This document shows, piece after piece, positions 54,710 through 63,875 of a DNA stretch of 64,000 nt. The position numbers and the translations under genes were made by a program. Origin of the DNA: a virus (lineage: Duplodnaviria; Heunggongvirae; Uroviricota; Caudoviricetes); the IMG/VR virus record IMGVR_UViG_3300007169_000056. One strand, written 5' to 3'. The notes below the pieces were generated by a model that was not told where the DNA came from, made no database searches, and saw only the letters and a program-made list of their open reading frames with translations. Numbering within the stretch: position 1 is the first letter of the stretch; every line of letters begins with the position of its first letter.

Positions 54710-55107
54710 CTGACAAAGTAAAACAAGTTATTGTAATTCGTACCGATCTTCGCAATAGTCAAAATAAAAAAGTTAGAACTGGCAAATTGATTGCACAAGC
54801 CTGTCATGCTAGTATTGCTTTTCTAAGCAACCGAATCAGAAAAAATTTTGGATTGCCAATTCCTTTATCCAAAGCAGAAATGCAATGGATCGAAGGATCT
54901 TTCTTCAAAGTTTGTGTCGGTGTTGATACCGAACAAGAATTGCTTGACATTTTGGAAAAAGCCCGTACACTGGGTGTAGAGTGTAATCTGATTACCGACC
55001 AAGGACATACTGAATTTAATGGTGTTCCTACCAACACTTGTTTGGCTTTGGGACCAGATTACAGCAGCAAAATTGATACTATTACGGGACATCTTAAACT
55101 ACTATAA
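54706..55107 (+). CDS. peptidyl-tRNA hydrolase, PTH2 family
   Basis: VIVIRTDLRNSQNKKVRTGKLIAQACHAS N-terminus and C-terminal LITDQGHTEFNGVPTNTCLALGPD match PTH2. Confidence 0.6.
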   Translation: MTDKVKQVIVIRTDLRNSQNKKVRTGKLIAQACHASIAFLSNRIRKNFGLPIPLSKAEMQWIEGSFFKVCVGVDTEQELLDILEKARTLGVECNLITDQGHTEFNGVPTNTCLALGPDYSSKIDTITGHLKLL

Positions 55108-55110
55108 ATT

Positions 55111-55698
55111 ATGCCAACCGGATATACAGCATTGGTTTATGAAAACAAAAACGTGTCGTTCAAAGATTTTGTACTTACATGTGCACGTGCTTTTGGACCG
55201 TGTATGCATCAACGTGACGACGATATGAGGGATAAGCCCAAACTTCGTGAACCATCCATTCAATATCACTTGGATGCAATCGAAGCAGCTAAGAAAAATT
55301 CAAAACCGTCCAAGACTGCGTTCAACAAATACAAGAAGGATAAAATCGAGGAATATAAACAATACATCCAAGAAAAGAAACAACTCAAGGAACGATATCA
55401 ACTTATGCTGAATCAGGTACAGATGTGGACTCCTCCTACATCCGATCATGATGGACTTAAAAAGTTCATGATCAGTCAGTTGAACAGTAGCATTGAATTT
55501 GATTGTTCAGTTGATGGATCTACGCGTGATTTGGATACCTACACAAACATGACTTATGAAGATTATGTTGCAGAGTTGAAAAAGAGTAATGATTGGGAGA
55601 TCAAATATCACACAGAAGAAATTGAAAAAGAAAAGATAAATGCTGAACGTGCAAATAAATGGATTTTGGCTTTGTACGACAACTTGAACAACAACTAA
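55111..55698 (+). CDS. hypothetical protein
   Basis: ORF only. Confidence 0.4.
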   Translation: MPTGYTALVYENKNVSFKDFVLTCARAFGPCMHQRDDDMRDKPKLREPSIQYHLDAIEAAKKNSKPSKTAFNKYKKDKIEEYKQYIQEKKQLKERYQLMLNQVQMWTPPTSDHDGLKKFMISQLNSSIEFDCSVDGSTRDLDTYTNMTYEDYVAELKKSNDWEIKYHTEEIEKEKINAERANKWILALYDNLNNN

Positions 55699-55704
55699 AA
55701 ACTT

Positions 55705-56004
55705 ATGATTGGATTTATTTCATACTTTATTGTTCCCACTGCAGTTTTTTTGACGTTGGTCAAACTCAACAACAAGCAACGATGGCTTACTGCTCGTATT
55801 CGATCAAGTGACTATTGGACCAAGAATGGAAAGTCCATAGACAAGGGGTTTTTCTGGGCGTTAGTTTTCTTTAGTTTTCTGTTGTGGTGGATTTCCATTC
55901 CTGTAGTGGTTATTGTACTTGCTGTATCAAAGATCATTAATTGGATTACCAACGGAGAAGGTGCAATTCCTGTTAACAAAGAAGATAGCAGATATCGTTA
56001 CTAA
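55705..56004 (+). CDS. small membrane protein
   Basis: two hydrophobic helices. Confidence 0.35.
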   Translation: MIGFISYFIVPTAVFLTLVKLNNKQRWLTARIRSSDYWTKNGKSIDKGFFWALVFFSFLLWWISIPVVVIVLAVSKIINWITNGEGAIPVNKEDSRYRY

Positions 56005-56180
56005 ACATATGAACATTGTCAAAAAAGTGTGGGATACCGTCAAACTTGGCATTGTCGAAATGTACGAATGTATTACTGCCAGTAGTTTTGGAATCATTCT
56101 TTTTTGGCTAGTGATTTTTCTGTTGATTTTTGGAAATTCCAGCTGTAAACTTGAGTTGTCGATTCATTCTACTCCATAAT

Positions 56181-57161
56181 ATGAACAATCTTAAAATCTT
56201 CAGTGGTACCAGCAACATTCCTCTTGCACAAAAAATTGCCGGTAATCTTCTCACCAATCTAGGTGAGATCTATCATCACACGTTTCCTTCTGGTGAATCG
56301 TATTGTCAGTTTAAGGAAAATATTCGCGGCAGCGATGTGTTTTTGATTCAATCTATCAGTCAACCTGCTAATGAAAATCTGATGCAGCTTTTGATTATGG
56401 CTGACGCTGCTAGACGTGCCAGCGCAGATCGTATCACGGCCGTGATTCCATATTTTGGATACAGCAGACAGGACCGTAAGGACAAAAGCAGAGTGCCTAT
56501 CAGTGCCAAGTTGGTGTTGGACCTGTTTGAAGCAAGTGGCATTGACCGTGTGGTTACCATGGATCTTCATAGTCCACAGGTAGGTGGGTTCACCAATTTG
56601 CCATTTGATCATCTTACATTTGAACCCGTATTGATTGATCATATCAAGTCGTATGGTGTCAATGTCAAGGATATTATCATTATGGCGCCTGACGTTGGTG
56701 CTGTAAAGCGTGCTGAAAAGTATGCTAGTTATTTGAAATGTGACTTTGGTTTTATCTCCAAGAAGCGAATTGGTGATGAACAGGTCGAATTGCAGAGTAT
56801 TTCAGGTAATGTTCAGGACAAACACGTATATCTTATCGATGATCTTACTGAATCGTGTGGCACTTTGATTCAGGCGGGCGCAGCGTGTAAGAAAAATGGT
56901 GCCCGTAGGGTTGTTGGTGCTGTAACGCATGGTTGTTTTACTGAGACCGGCATGGAAAGACTGTCAGCAGCAATGCCACACCCTAATTTGTTGGAACAAA
57001 ATCCGTCTATCGACGAATTTATTCACAGCAACAGTGTTAATCACTGGTGGAAAAACAAGTACAAGCCAAGCGATATTGTATCGTTGGATGTTAGCAGTTT
57101 GTTTGCCAAAGCAATCAATAGTATTCATAAAAACGAAAGTGTTAGTGAATTGTTTGTATGA
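56181..57161 (+). CDS. prs: ribose-phosphate pyrophosphokinase family (Prs; ADP-ribose pyrophosphokinase-like alternative not excluded)
   Basis: KIFSGTSNIPLAQKIA, NENLMQLLIMADAARRASA, ITAVIPYFGYSRQDRK and DDLTESCGT PRPP loop; start trimmed to MNNLKIF. Confidence 0.8.
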   Translation: MNNLKIFSGTSNIPLAQKIAGNLLTNLGEIYHHTFPSGESYCQFKENIRGSDVFLIQSISQPANENLMQLLIMADAARRASADRITAVIPYFGYSRQDRKDKSRVPISAKLVLDLFEASGIDRVVTMDLHSPQVGGFTNLPFDHLTFEPVLIDHIKSYGVNVKDIIIMAPDVGAVKRAEKYASYLKCDFGFISKKRIGDEQVELQSISGNVQDKHVYLIDDLTESCGTLIQAGAACKKNGARRVVGAVTHGCFTETGMERLSAAMPHPNLLEQNPSIDEFIHSNSVNHWWKNKYKPSDIVSLDVSSLFAKAINSIHKNESVSELFV

Positions 57162-57442
57162 AACTGAAGGTTACATATTATGATATCGAGTCGAACAAAG
57201 TTGTAGAAAAAACTTGCTTCGATTTCGAAACCGACAGTCATGCAGATATGTTTGTATTTACGCCAATAGATGAACCGGTGAAACAATACAAGTCAGTATG
57301 CATTGATCATCCGAACACACAAATGTATTGGAATAATAACAAACTAAAGATTATTATTGAAGGGTATCAATTGGTCAAACAAGAACACCAGAGCGGTTAT
57401 TGGAAAACAAGAACAACAATAGAAAGTGTATCTGAGGATTAA
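57158..57442 (+). CDS. small hypothetical protein
   Basis: ATGA overlap with prs. Confidence 0.4.
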   Translation: MKLKVTYYDIESNKVVEKTCFDFETDSHADMFVFTPIDEPVKQYKSVCIDHPNTQMYWNNNKLKIIIEGYQLVKQEHQSGYWKTRTTIESVSED

Positions 57443-57447
57443 TCACT

Positions 57448-57906
57448 ATGGAAATCAACAAAGAACAGGTGTACAAATTGTACATGCAAAAAGTAGAGAA
57501 AATTGCAGACGAATGTGATTGGAAGACGCATTTTACCCCAGAGGAATGTGTGAATTTGGTGTGTAACGTTTTGCAAGAAAATCCATCATTGATTGAATAC
57601 CCAGATACAAACGAATCGGAGTTTTCTCCAACAACACACGCATATAAACTGGCATATATGCGAGATTTTGATTATGAATATCTTGGATGTGAGTATTACA
57701 TTTTGGGTATAATTGACACACAAGGAAAATTCCTAGATTTCTATTACAATTCAGGATTGGAATACGAAGAGTTTCAAAAATTCATTCCAAAAGAATTTTC
57801 GGAGGCAGCAGAGAGTGTCTATGAGTTCAGTATTAAACGACATCCCGGCAAAACTGCAAAAGAAATTCTAGAAAAGTATGGATATGTCGAATTCACCACA
57901 TCGTAA
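57448..57906 (+). CDS. hypothetical protein
   Basis: AGGATT SD then ATG. Confidence 0.4.
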   Translation: MEINKEQVYKLYMQKVEKIADECDWKTHFTPEECVNLVCNVLQENPSLIEYPDTNESEFSPTTHAYKLAYMRDFDYEYLGCEYYILGIIDTQGKFLDFYYNSGLEYEEFQKFIPKEFSEAAESVYEFSIKRHPGKTAKEILEKYGYVEFTTS

Positions 57907-58333
57907 ATTTTTTCATGCCAATAAGATTCCATGTGTAAGCCAAACACGCGAATGGAAAGGTATTTTTGAAAATCATTTCATGAATGGTAAAGAAATATGT
58001 GAAAAGTATCCGATACTCGACCCACGTTGGCAATATGAAAGTGGTTCGTCAGAAACAATCAATCATATCCGATATGATGGTCACTATTATACATATTTCA
58101 ATGATTTTCATAAAGTAGATGATCCATATAGCGATCCGTGGTACCGAGAGTTGAAACACGACAATCCAATATTCGAAGATTCGTTAATGAGAAAATACCA
58201 TACAACCATCGAAAGCAACGGAATTCTATTGGTTTTTTACAAAACTAGCCTAGAAGATTTAACATATACGAATTACACGTATTTTAACGACAGTGATAAA
58301 TATCCTTTAAGCGGAAGTCTTGACTTTTTCTGA
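57878..58333 (+). CDS. hypothetical protein
   Basis: ORF only. Confidence 0.35.
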   Translation: MDMSNSPHRKFFHANKIPCVSQTREWKGIFENHFMNGKEICEKYPILDPRWQYESGSSETINHIRYDGHYYTYFNDFHKVDDPYSDPWYRELKHDNPIFEDSLMRKYHTTIESNGILLVFYKTSLEDLTYTNYTYFNDSDKYPLSGSLDFF

Positions 58334-58384
58334 ACACCGTGACATACTAAGACGTAGAGTAAAAACAACGTAAAACATAAAACT

Positions 58385-59017
58385 ATGGGCTGTGACATTC
58401 ATTTGTATATTGAATATAGGAGTAAGAAGGTCGGACACGATGGTGTTAAAGACGGTTGGCTTGATTTTGGAGGTCGTATAAACCCCGGGCGTAATTACGC
58501 ATTGTTTGCGTTAATGGCCGGTGTTCGTGATTATACCAACAAAATTCAACTGATGGTACCTCCACGCGGTATGCCAGAAGATCCAGCATACACGTCAAGA
58601 AACGATAACCGGATTTATATCAGTGAAAATGAATTTTCTGGTGAACGAACCGTTACTATGGAACGAGCTAAGGGTTGGGTTGAACGTGGTAATAGTCAAT
58701 TTATCTTTGGTAAAAGTGGCGACCAAGATAAACCTATCTGGGTTACCGATCCAGATGCACATACCCATAGTTGGTTGACTACTGGTGAATTTGAGACTAT
58801 CTTTAACAAGTATCTTGAATTGGAGTCCGGTTGGCATAAGGAACGAATCGATGAACACAACAAGTATATCAAAGAGAATGATATCAAGAATGATAGTTGG
58901 ATGTTTGATCCTCCGTCGATGAACATTGAACCAGAATATCAAGCTGTTTTGGCTAGCATGAAACGGTTTGAGGAACTTGGATATGATGCTCGTATTGTGT
59001 TTTGGTTTGACAATTAA
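58385..59017 (+). CDS. hypothetical protein
   Basis: ORF only. Confidence 0.4.
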   Translation: MGCDIHLYIEYRSKKVGHDGVKDGWLDFGGRINPGRNYALFALMAGVRDYTNKIQLMVPPRGMPEDPAYTSRNDNRIYISENEFSGERTVTMERAKGWVERGNSQFIFGKSGDQDKPIWVTDPDAHTHSWLTTGEFETIFNKYLELESGWHKERIDEHNKYIKENDIKNDSWMFDPPSMNIEPEYQAVLASMKRFEELGYDARIVFWFDN

Positions 59018-59022
59018 AGATT

Positions 59023-59229
59023 ATGACCTTTACAATTAACATAAACAGTGTGATTATTCCTGTGATTTTCACAGTAGCATCAGTATTACTTATTTCTATT
59101 ACTGCTTTTAGAGAAAGAAATCAACGAGGGTGGTTTTCTGGGTTGGGTACAGCTATTGCATTTCTAATCGGTATTGCTGTTACTTTAGTGGCATGGATTG
59201 TTTGGCTATTGACGTACTTCAGTAAGTAA
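59023..59229 (+). CDS. small 2-TM membrane protein
   Basis: hydrophobic. Confidence 0.35.
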   Translation: MTFTININSVIIPVIFTVASVLLISITAFRERNQRGWFSGLGTAIAFLIGIAVTLVAWIVWLLTYFSK

Positions 59230-59230
59230 T

Positions 59231-59635
59231 ATGAACACTCTTAAAATTGGAGTCGCTTGTGTTTTGTTGGATCGAGACAACAATGTTTGGCTTAGCCAAC
59301 GACTTGGACCCTACCAGACCGGAAAATACGCATGTCCGGGTGGCATGGTTGATCTAACCGATACGAATGATGTAGTTGCAATTCGACGAGAAATCTTAGA
59401 AGAAACTGGCATCAATATTGTAGATACAACCAGATTCAAGCGTAGTATTAAATCATATCATCCGGGTGGCAAAAGTGATATTACACAATGGTTTCTTTTA
59501 ATCTTGAAACCATCTGAAACACCTGTTAATCTGGAGCCTACAAAACATGGCGATTGGAAAAAGTATTCGTTAACGGATGCTAAGCTATTGCCATTAATGG
59601 TCAGTACCAACGAAGTATTGGACACACTAAAATGA
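59231..59635 (+). CDS. Nudix hydrolase
   Basis: Nudix box GGMVDLTDTNDVVAIRREILEETGI. Confidence 0.65.
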   Translation: MNTLKIGVACVLLDRDNNVWLSQRLGPYQTGKYACPGGMVDLTDTNDVVAIRREILEETGINIVDTTRFKRSIKSYHPGGKSDITQWFLLILKPSETPVNLEPTKHGDWKKYSLTDAKLLPLMVSTNEVLDTLK

Positions 59636-59756
59636 ATCTAAAATGGGTAGAAGAAATCAAACCAGTATTGGAATTACAAGAATTCCTTGACGGTATGATA
59701 GAACTTGGCAAAAAAGAACAGGGAATTGTATCATGGGAGTGGTGGATGGAGGAACA

Positions 59757-60146
59757 ATGAAATATCTATGTGAATGTGGCAAATTGGCTACATGGAGTTA
59801 CATGCCCAGCACGAGCAAACCCATTTACGGATATTATTGTGACGATTGTGTCCCCCGTGGATGCAGTTGCAATGAAGAATATACTGTAAAAAGTCCACAG
59901 GCTCACGAAAACGGTTACGGTGAAGATCCTCCACAAGATGGAGCCAGATATTGGAAGTGGATTGACAAGGACATTCGTTGGGCATATACTGACAACAAAG
60001 GAAGAGAACTTCCGTGTATCGAGTTTTTGCAGTCCGAAGACGGATATGAGGTCGAAAACGAAGAAACAACATACTTTGATACACACAACGTAAAATACTA
60101 TACAACAAACGATAATGAAAGAAGTATATCTGGTAACCCGAGGTAG
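59757..60146 (+). CDS. zinc-finger hypothetical protein
   Basis: GGAGGA SD; CECGK ... CDDC ... CSC. Confidence 0.4.
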   Translation: MKYLCECGKLATWSYMPSTSKPIYGYYCDDCVPRGCSCNEEYTVKSPQAHENGYGEDPPQDGARYWKWIDKDIRWAYTDNKGRELPCIEFLQSEDGYEVENEETTYFDTHNVKYYTTNDNERSISGNPR

Positions 60147-60573
60147 TTACAGTGATTATAGCGTATGTGGAGTGTTTGCTGACAAAGATTTAGCGACTGA
60201 ATATGCTGAACAATTGACAGGTCGATGGGATAATGCTCGAGTTGAGACACGTCAGTTGCGTACAAGTGTAGATGACCTGAGGGCTCCTATCGGATTCAGG
60301 GCATATGAAGTTAATATGGACCAAGATGGTAATTCACATTATCATCGTGATGAAATTACTGGCGAGTACAAAGACAGAGATGGATATGAGGAACTTGATT
60401 GTTCCAATAATAATGGCACATATACAAAAACAGGTCGTTATGTTTTTTACATTGTAACTGACAAGGGCGAAGAAGGTGCAATCAAGATTGCAAATGAGCG
60501 TCGTATTCAGATGATTGCAAATGGAACGTGGCCCAAGAAAACAGATGTATATGATCAATCCAAACTATTTTGA
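60115..60573 (+). CDS. hypothetical protein
   Basis: ORF only. Confidence 0.4.
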   Translation: MKEVYLVTRGSYSDYSVCGVFADKDLATEYAEQLTGRWDNARVETRQLRTSVDDLRAPIGFRAYEVNMDQDGNSHYHRDEITGEYKDRDGYEELDCSNNNGTYTKTGRYVFYIVTDKGEEGAIKIANERRIQMIANGTWPKKTDVYDQSKLF

Positions 60574-61114
60574 AGTAACTCCAGATCCTAGCACACATCC
60601 GATTCGCAAAAATCCAGAGCATGTCAAGAAAAACTACTTTGGTGTGTTGAACGTGTCGGATACTCCGTGCATGACTTTTGATTTTGCCACACATGGTATT
60701 TTGTCACTGTGGTTTCCTATTCATGAAGTCGGGCAGTGGGGGTATAGTCCATTTTATGGAGCGGCTAAATTTCTTGATCATAAACTAGCGAGTGGTGATG
60801 AACGTCCTATTTTGTTACATTGTCATGCTGGTGTAAATCGTTCTGTTTGTGTAGCATATGCTGTTCTTAAATCTGTTGAATCTACACAATCGGAAATTGA
60901 TCATAAATTAGAAATTGGAGAAGGATTGCCAAATTTATTTCAAATCAACATAAATAAAGGTTATATTCCTTCGGATGTAATTGATTTCTTAAAAGCCAGA
61001 CATCAATGTCCAACTTACGGAATCCATGGGTTGCTTGCATCTTCTGGAAGCGAACATACGTTTTATCACAAAAACGGCAAACCCAATCTGAAATTCAAAG
61101 GAGTGTCTATATGA
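60545..61114 (+). CDS. dual-specificity / tyrosine-type protein phosphatase (Cys-based)
   Basis: CX5R P-loop HCHAGVNRS. Confidence 0.6.
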   Translation: MYMINPNYFEVTPDPSTHPIRKNPEHVKKNYFGVLNVSDTPCMTFDFATHGILSLWFPIHEVGQWGYSPFYGAAKFLDHKLASGDERPILLHCHAGVNRSVCVAYAVLKSVESTQSEIDHKLEIGEGLPNLFQININKGYIPSDVIDFLKARHQCPTYGIHGLLASSGSEHTFYHKNGKPNLKFKGVSI

Positions 61115-61416
61115 AGCTTGAATTTATCAAAGATAGTTCTGAGTTGAACGAGTTTACAAAAACCCTCAAATGGAAAGATAGTGTAGATTTTGAGGGTGAT
61201 TTGGATGATTGTCACGCATTTCAATCAATCTTTTTGCAAGAATCTACTGGCAAATACTATATGGTTGAAATGTATCGCGGTGGCGGAGTCTATAATAGAG
61301 CCGACTATGTTTCGTATCACCGAAACTTCAAAACAAGTGAACCTTATGTGGTTTCATTTCATGAAGTAAAACCAGTTGAAGTTGTTAGAACAGTGTGGAA
61401 AGATGTAGAAAGCTAA
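61111..61416 (+). CDS. small hypothetical protein
   Basis: ATGA overlap start trimmed from a longer ORF. Confidence 0.35.
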   Translation: MKLEFIKDSSELNEFTKTLKWKDSVDFEGDLDDCHAFQSIFLQESTGKYYMVEMYRGGGVYNRADYVSYHRNFKTSEPYVVSFHEVKPVEVVRTVWKDVES

Positions 61417-61423
61417 GAATCAT

Positions 61424-61948
61424 ATGAACATTGAAGACACGAAAAATTTCGCAGGAAAAAACTTGACCACTGATACCCACATTTATTTCTGGACAAATTG
61501 GTTGAGCAATTTCAAGGTATGTAAAATAACCGATCCACTGATTCGTATTTCGTTTAATACGACCGAACAAGCCTACATGTGGCGAAAAGCCTACTTTTTT
61601 GGTGATGAAGATACCATGAAAAAATTGGAAAATGCTGATCTGACTCCCAGAGAAGCAAAAAACTTGGGCAGAGAAGTGGTAGGCTATAACGACGATTTGT
61701 GGGGGTGTGTCCGATATGGATACATGGTGTATGTCAACTATTTGAAGTACACACAAAACGATGACTTGAAAAAGAAACTTTTGGATACCGGTGAAAAAGT
61801 TCTTGTAGAAGCATCACCTTATGATAAAATCTGGGGAGTCGGTTTTTCAGCCGACAACCCGCTTATTTTGGACGACAAAAATTGGACCGGACAAAATTTG
61901 CTTGGCAAAGCACTAATGGATGTTCGTAAAAAACTTGCAAACGCATGA
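61424..61948 (+). CDS. NADAR (YbiA-like, DUF1768) domain protein
   Basis: DLWGCVRYGYM ... EASPYDKIWGVGFSADNP matches NADAR conserved blocks. Confidence 0.5.
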   Translation: MNIEDTKNFAGKNLTTDTHIYFWTNWLSNFKVCKITDPLIRISFNTTEQAYMWRKAYFFGDEDTMKKLENADLTPREAKNLGREVVGYNDDLWGCVRYGYMVYVNYLKYTQNDDLKKKLLDTGEKVLVEASPYDKIWGVGFSADNPLILDDKNWTGQNLLGKALMDVRKKLANA

Positions 61949-62412
61949 AAACTTGGAAAACCATCATTGAAAATACACTACAGCAAAAAAAGGCCCGAGG
62001 TTGGACCAAATTGTATTGGTGTATTGACCTACATGACACTGTAATCACTGGTACATACAATCGTCACAACGATGGTTCCAAAATTTTTCCATACGCCAAA
62101 GAAACATTGGATTGGTTGTTTAATCAACCAGATCATTCAACTATCTTGTGGACAAGCAGTTACACCGATTCAGCCAATGAAGTGTGTAATCGATTTGACC
62201 TGAAGTTTCACTACTTTAACGTTAATCCCGAGTGTCCAAACACTGGCATTTGTGATTTTGAACGTAAACTTTATTTCAATTTTCTACTCGACGACAAGGC
62301 TGGATTTGATCCACAATACGATTGGAGAGAAATCTATGAAACCTTGACCAACACGTCTGTATTTATGTCAAACAAACAAAAACGTTTTTGTGAAGACATT
62401 CACGGACCTTAA
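61945..62412 (+). CDS. hypothetical protein (weak HAD / 5-prime-nucleotidase-like N-terminus)
   Basis: WCIDLHDTVITG only loosely resembles HAD motif I. Confidence 0.3.
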   Translation: MKTWKTIIENTLQQKKARGWTKLYWCIDLHDTVITGTYNRHNDGSKIFPYAKETLDWLFNQPDHSTILWTSSYTDSANEVCNRFDLKFHYFNVNPECPNTGICDFERKLYFNFLLDDKAGFDPQYDWREIYETLTNTSVFMSNKQKRFCEDIHGP

Positions 62413-62415
62413 CAT

Positions 62416-62634
62416 ATGAGTGCTGATCCGTTCCGAGACATTGTAAAACAAAATGCACATTTGTACAGGGACAGTGAAGATGCACGTGTAAAAAATACAG
62501 AAAGAAAATGTATAGAATACATTGAGTGGAAAAAACTCAATGATGTTTACCAAAACGCCAAAAAGTCTCTTGAATACACAGAACAATTATATGAAAAAGA
62601 ACATCGAATATATCGAAGCACCAAATTACAATGA
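62416..62634 (+). CDS. small hypothetical protein
   Basis: ORF only. Confidence 0.3.
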   Translation: MSADPFRDIVKQNAHLYRDSEDARVKNTERKCIEYIEWKKLNDVYQNAKKSLEYTEQLYEKEHRIYRSTKLQ

Positions 62635-63151
62635 TCCTAGGGATCATACATGTACTGTTTTTCTGGGAGGAGGAATTACCAACTGCAAAGATTGGCAAAA
62701 GGATTTGGTTTCTCGTCTACAAGTGTCAGATGAAAAAATGCGTCTGTATAATCCACGTCGAGAAAATTTCGATCTGGCAAACCCAAAAGAGTCTGAAATT
62801 CAGATTGATTGGGAACACCATTATCTAAATATGTGTGACATTTTGGTGTTTTATTTTTCAGAGGAAACGTTGTGTCCAATTACGTTGTTTGAACTAGGTG
62901 GTGCATTGGAAAGGAATCTTCACATTGAGCCATATTATGGCTGTCGCAGGCAAAAGATTCTTGTGTATTGTGACCCCGAGTACAAACGCAAGTTTGATGT
63001 AAATTACCAGATTGGTCTGGTTCGAAAATTAGAGGCGACTATGTATAACTATGGAGAATTTGTATATAGTTATGAAACCTATGGGGAATTTGTAGAGGGT
63101 TTGATGAACCAGATTCGTATTCACAATGAAAAATATAGAAAGATGATTTAA
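62591..63151 (+). CDS. nucleoside 2-deoxyribosyltransferase-like protein (Nuc_deoxyrib_tr / DNPH1 fold)
   Basis: N-terminal VFLGGGITN and C-terminal TLFELGGALE resemble the family AGP..F and ELGyA blocks. Confidence 0.4.
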   Translation: MKKNIEYIEAPNYNDPRDHTCTVFLGGGITNCKDWQKDLVSRLQVSDEKMRLYNPRRENFDLANPKESEIQIDWEHHYLNMCDILVFYFSEETLCPITLFELGGALERNLHIEPYYGCRRQKILVYCDPEYKRKFDVNYQIGLVRKLEATMYNYGEFVYSYETYGEFVEGLMNQIRIHNEKYRKMI

Positions 63152-63795
63152 TGAAAGTGAAAGTTTACAACGACAGTAGCGTGAAGAATTTTGTTTCAAG
63201 TGATTGGCATTTGGGACATCGAAAAGATTTCATTTGGGCTAAGCGTGGTTATAGTTCCGTCGAGGAACATGACCGAGCCGTTATTGCCAAAGTGAATGAA
63301 CTTGTTGGTCCGGATGACAACTTGTTTTATCTCGGTGATTTTTGTTTGAATACAAACGAGGAACGATTTGAGTCATATTTGAATCAAATTACTTGTCAGA
63401 ACATTCATTTGATCTGGGGTAATCATCCTAATCCGATTCGCAAGGTTTATGACCGTTTAGTTGCAGAATGGTATGGACCTAATATTGATGTGTATCCGCT
63501 CAGATATCGTAACCTTAACATTCTTGGATATCACTATGAATGTGTGATTCAAGGTAAGTACGTAGTGTTCAATCATTTTCCTATCAGCGTATGGGAAAAC
63601 ATGAAAGACGGTGCATACATGTTGTGTGGTCACAGTCATTATAGCTATCCAGACACACGCATTGAGTCGCATAACGGCTTAACGTTGGATTGTGGATGGG
63701 ATGGACATGCCCGTCCTCTTTTGTTTGACGAAGTAATTCGGATTATGAATCAAAAGAAGATCCGACAAGTTGATCATCACGTAAAGAATCTGTAA
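63151..63795 (+). CDS. calcineurin-like metallophosphoesterase
   Basis: SDWHLGH, LGDFCLN, WGNHP and GHSH motifs. Confidence 0.6.
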   Translation: MKVKVYNDSSVKNFVSSDWHLGHRKDFIWAKRGYSSVEEHDRAVIAKVNELVGPDDNLFYLGDFCLNTNEERFESYLNQITCQNIHLIWGNHPNPIRKVYDRLVAEWYGPNIDVYPLRYRNLNILGYHYECVIQGKYVVFNHFPISVWENMKDGAYMLCGHSHYSYPDTRIESHNGLTLDCGWDGHARPLLFDEVIRIMNQKKIRQVDHHVKNL

Positions 63796-63801
63796 ACAAC
63801 A

Positions 63802-63837
63802 CCCCCACTTATAATAATTTGTGGGGGATTTTTTTGC
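63802..63837 (+). terminator. rho-independent terminator
   Basis: cccccacttataataatttgtggggg hairpin followed by a T-run. Confidence 0.85.
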
Positions 63838-63875
63838 ATTTGAATAGTGATATTGAACAGTATATATTGTTGGTT

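Noticed and set aside
61945-62412. HAD-family 5-prime-nucleotidase
   Set aside because: IDLHDT does not fit DxDxT/V cleanly. Reported only as a weak possibility.
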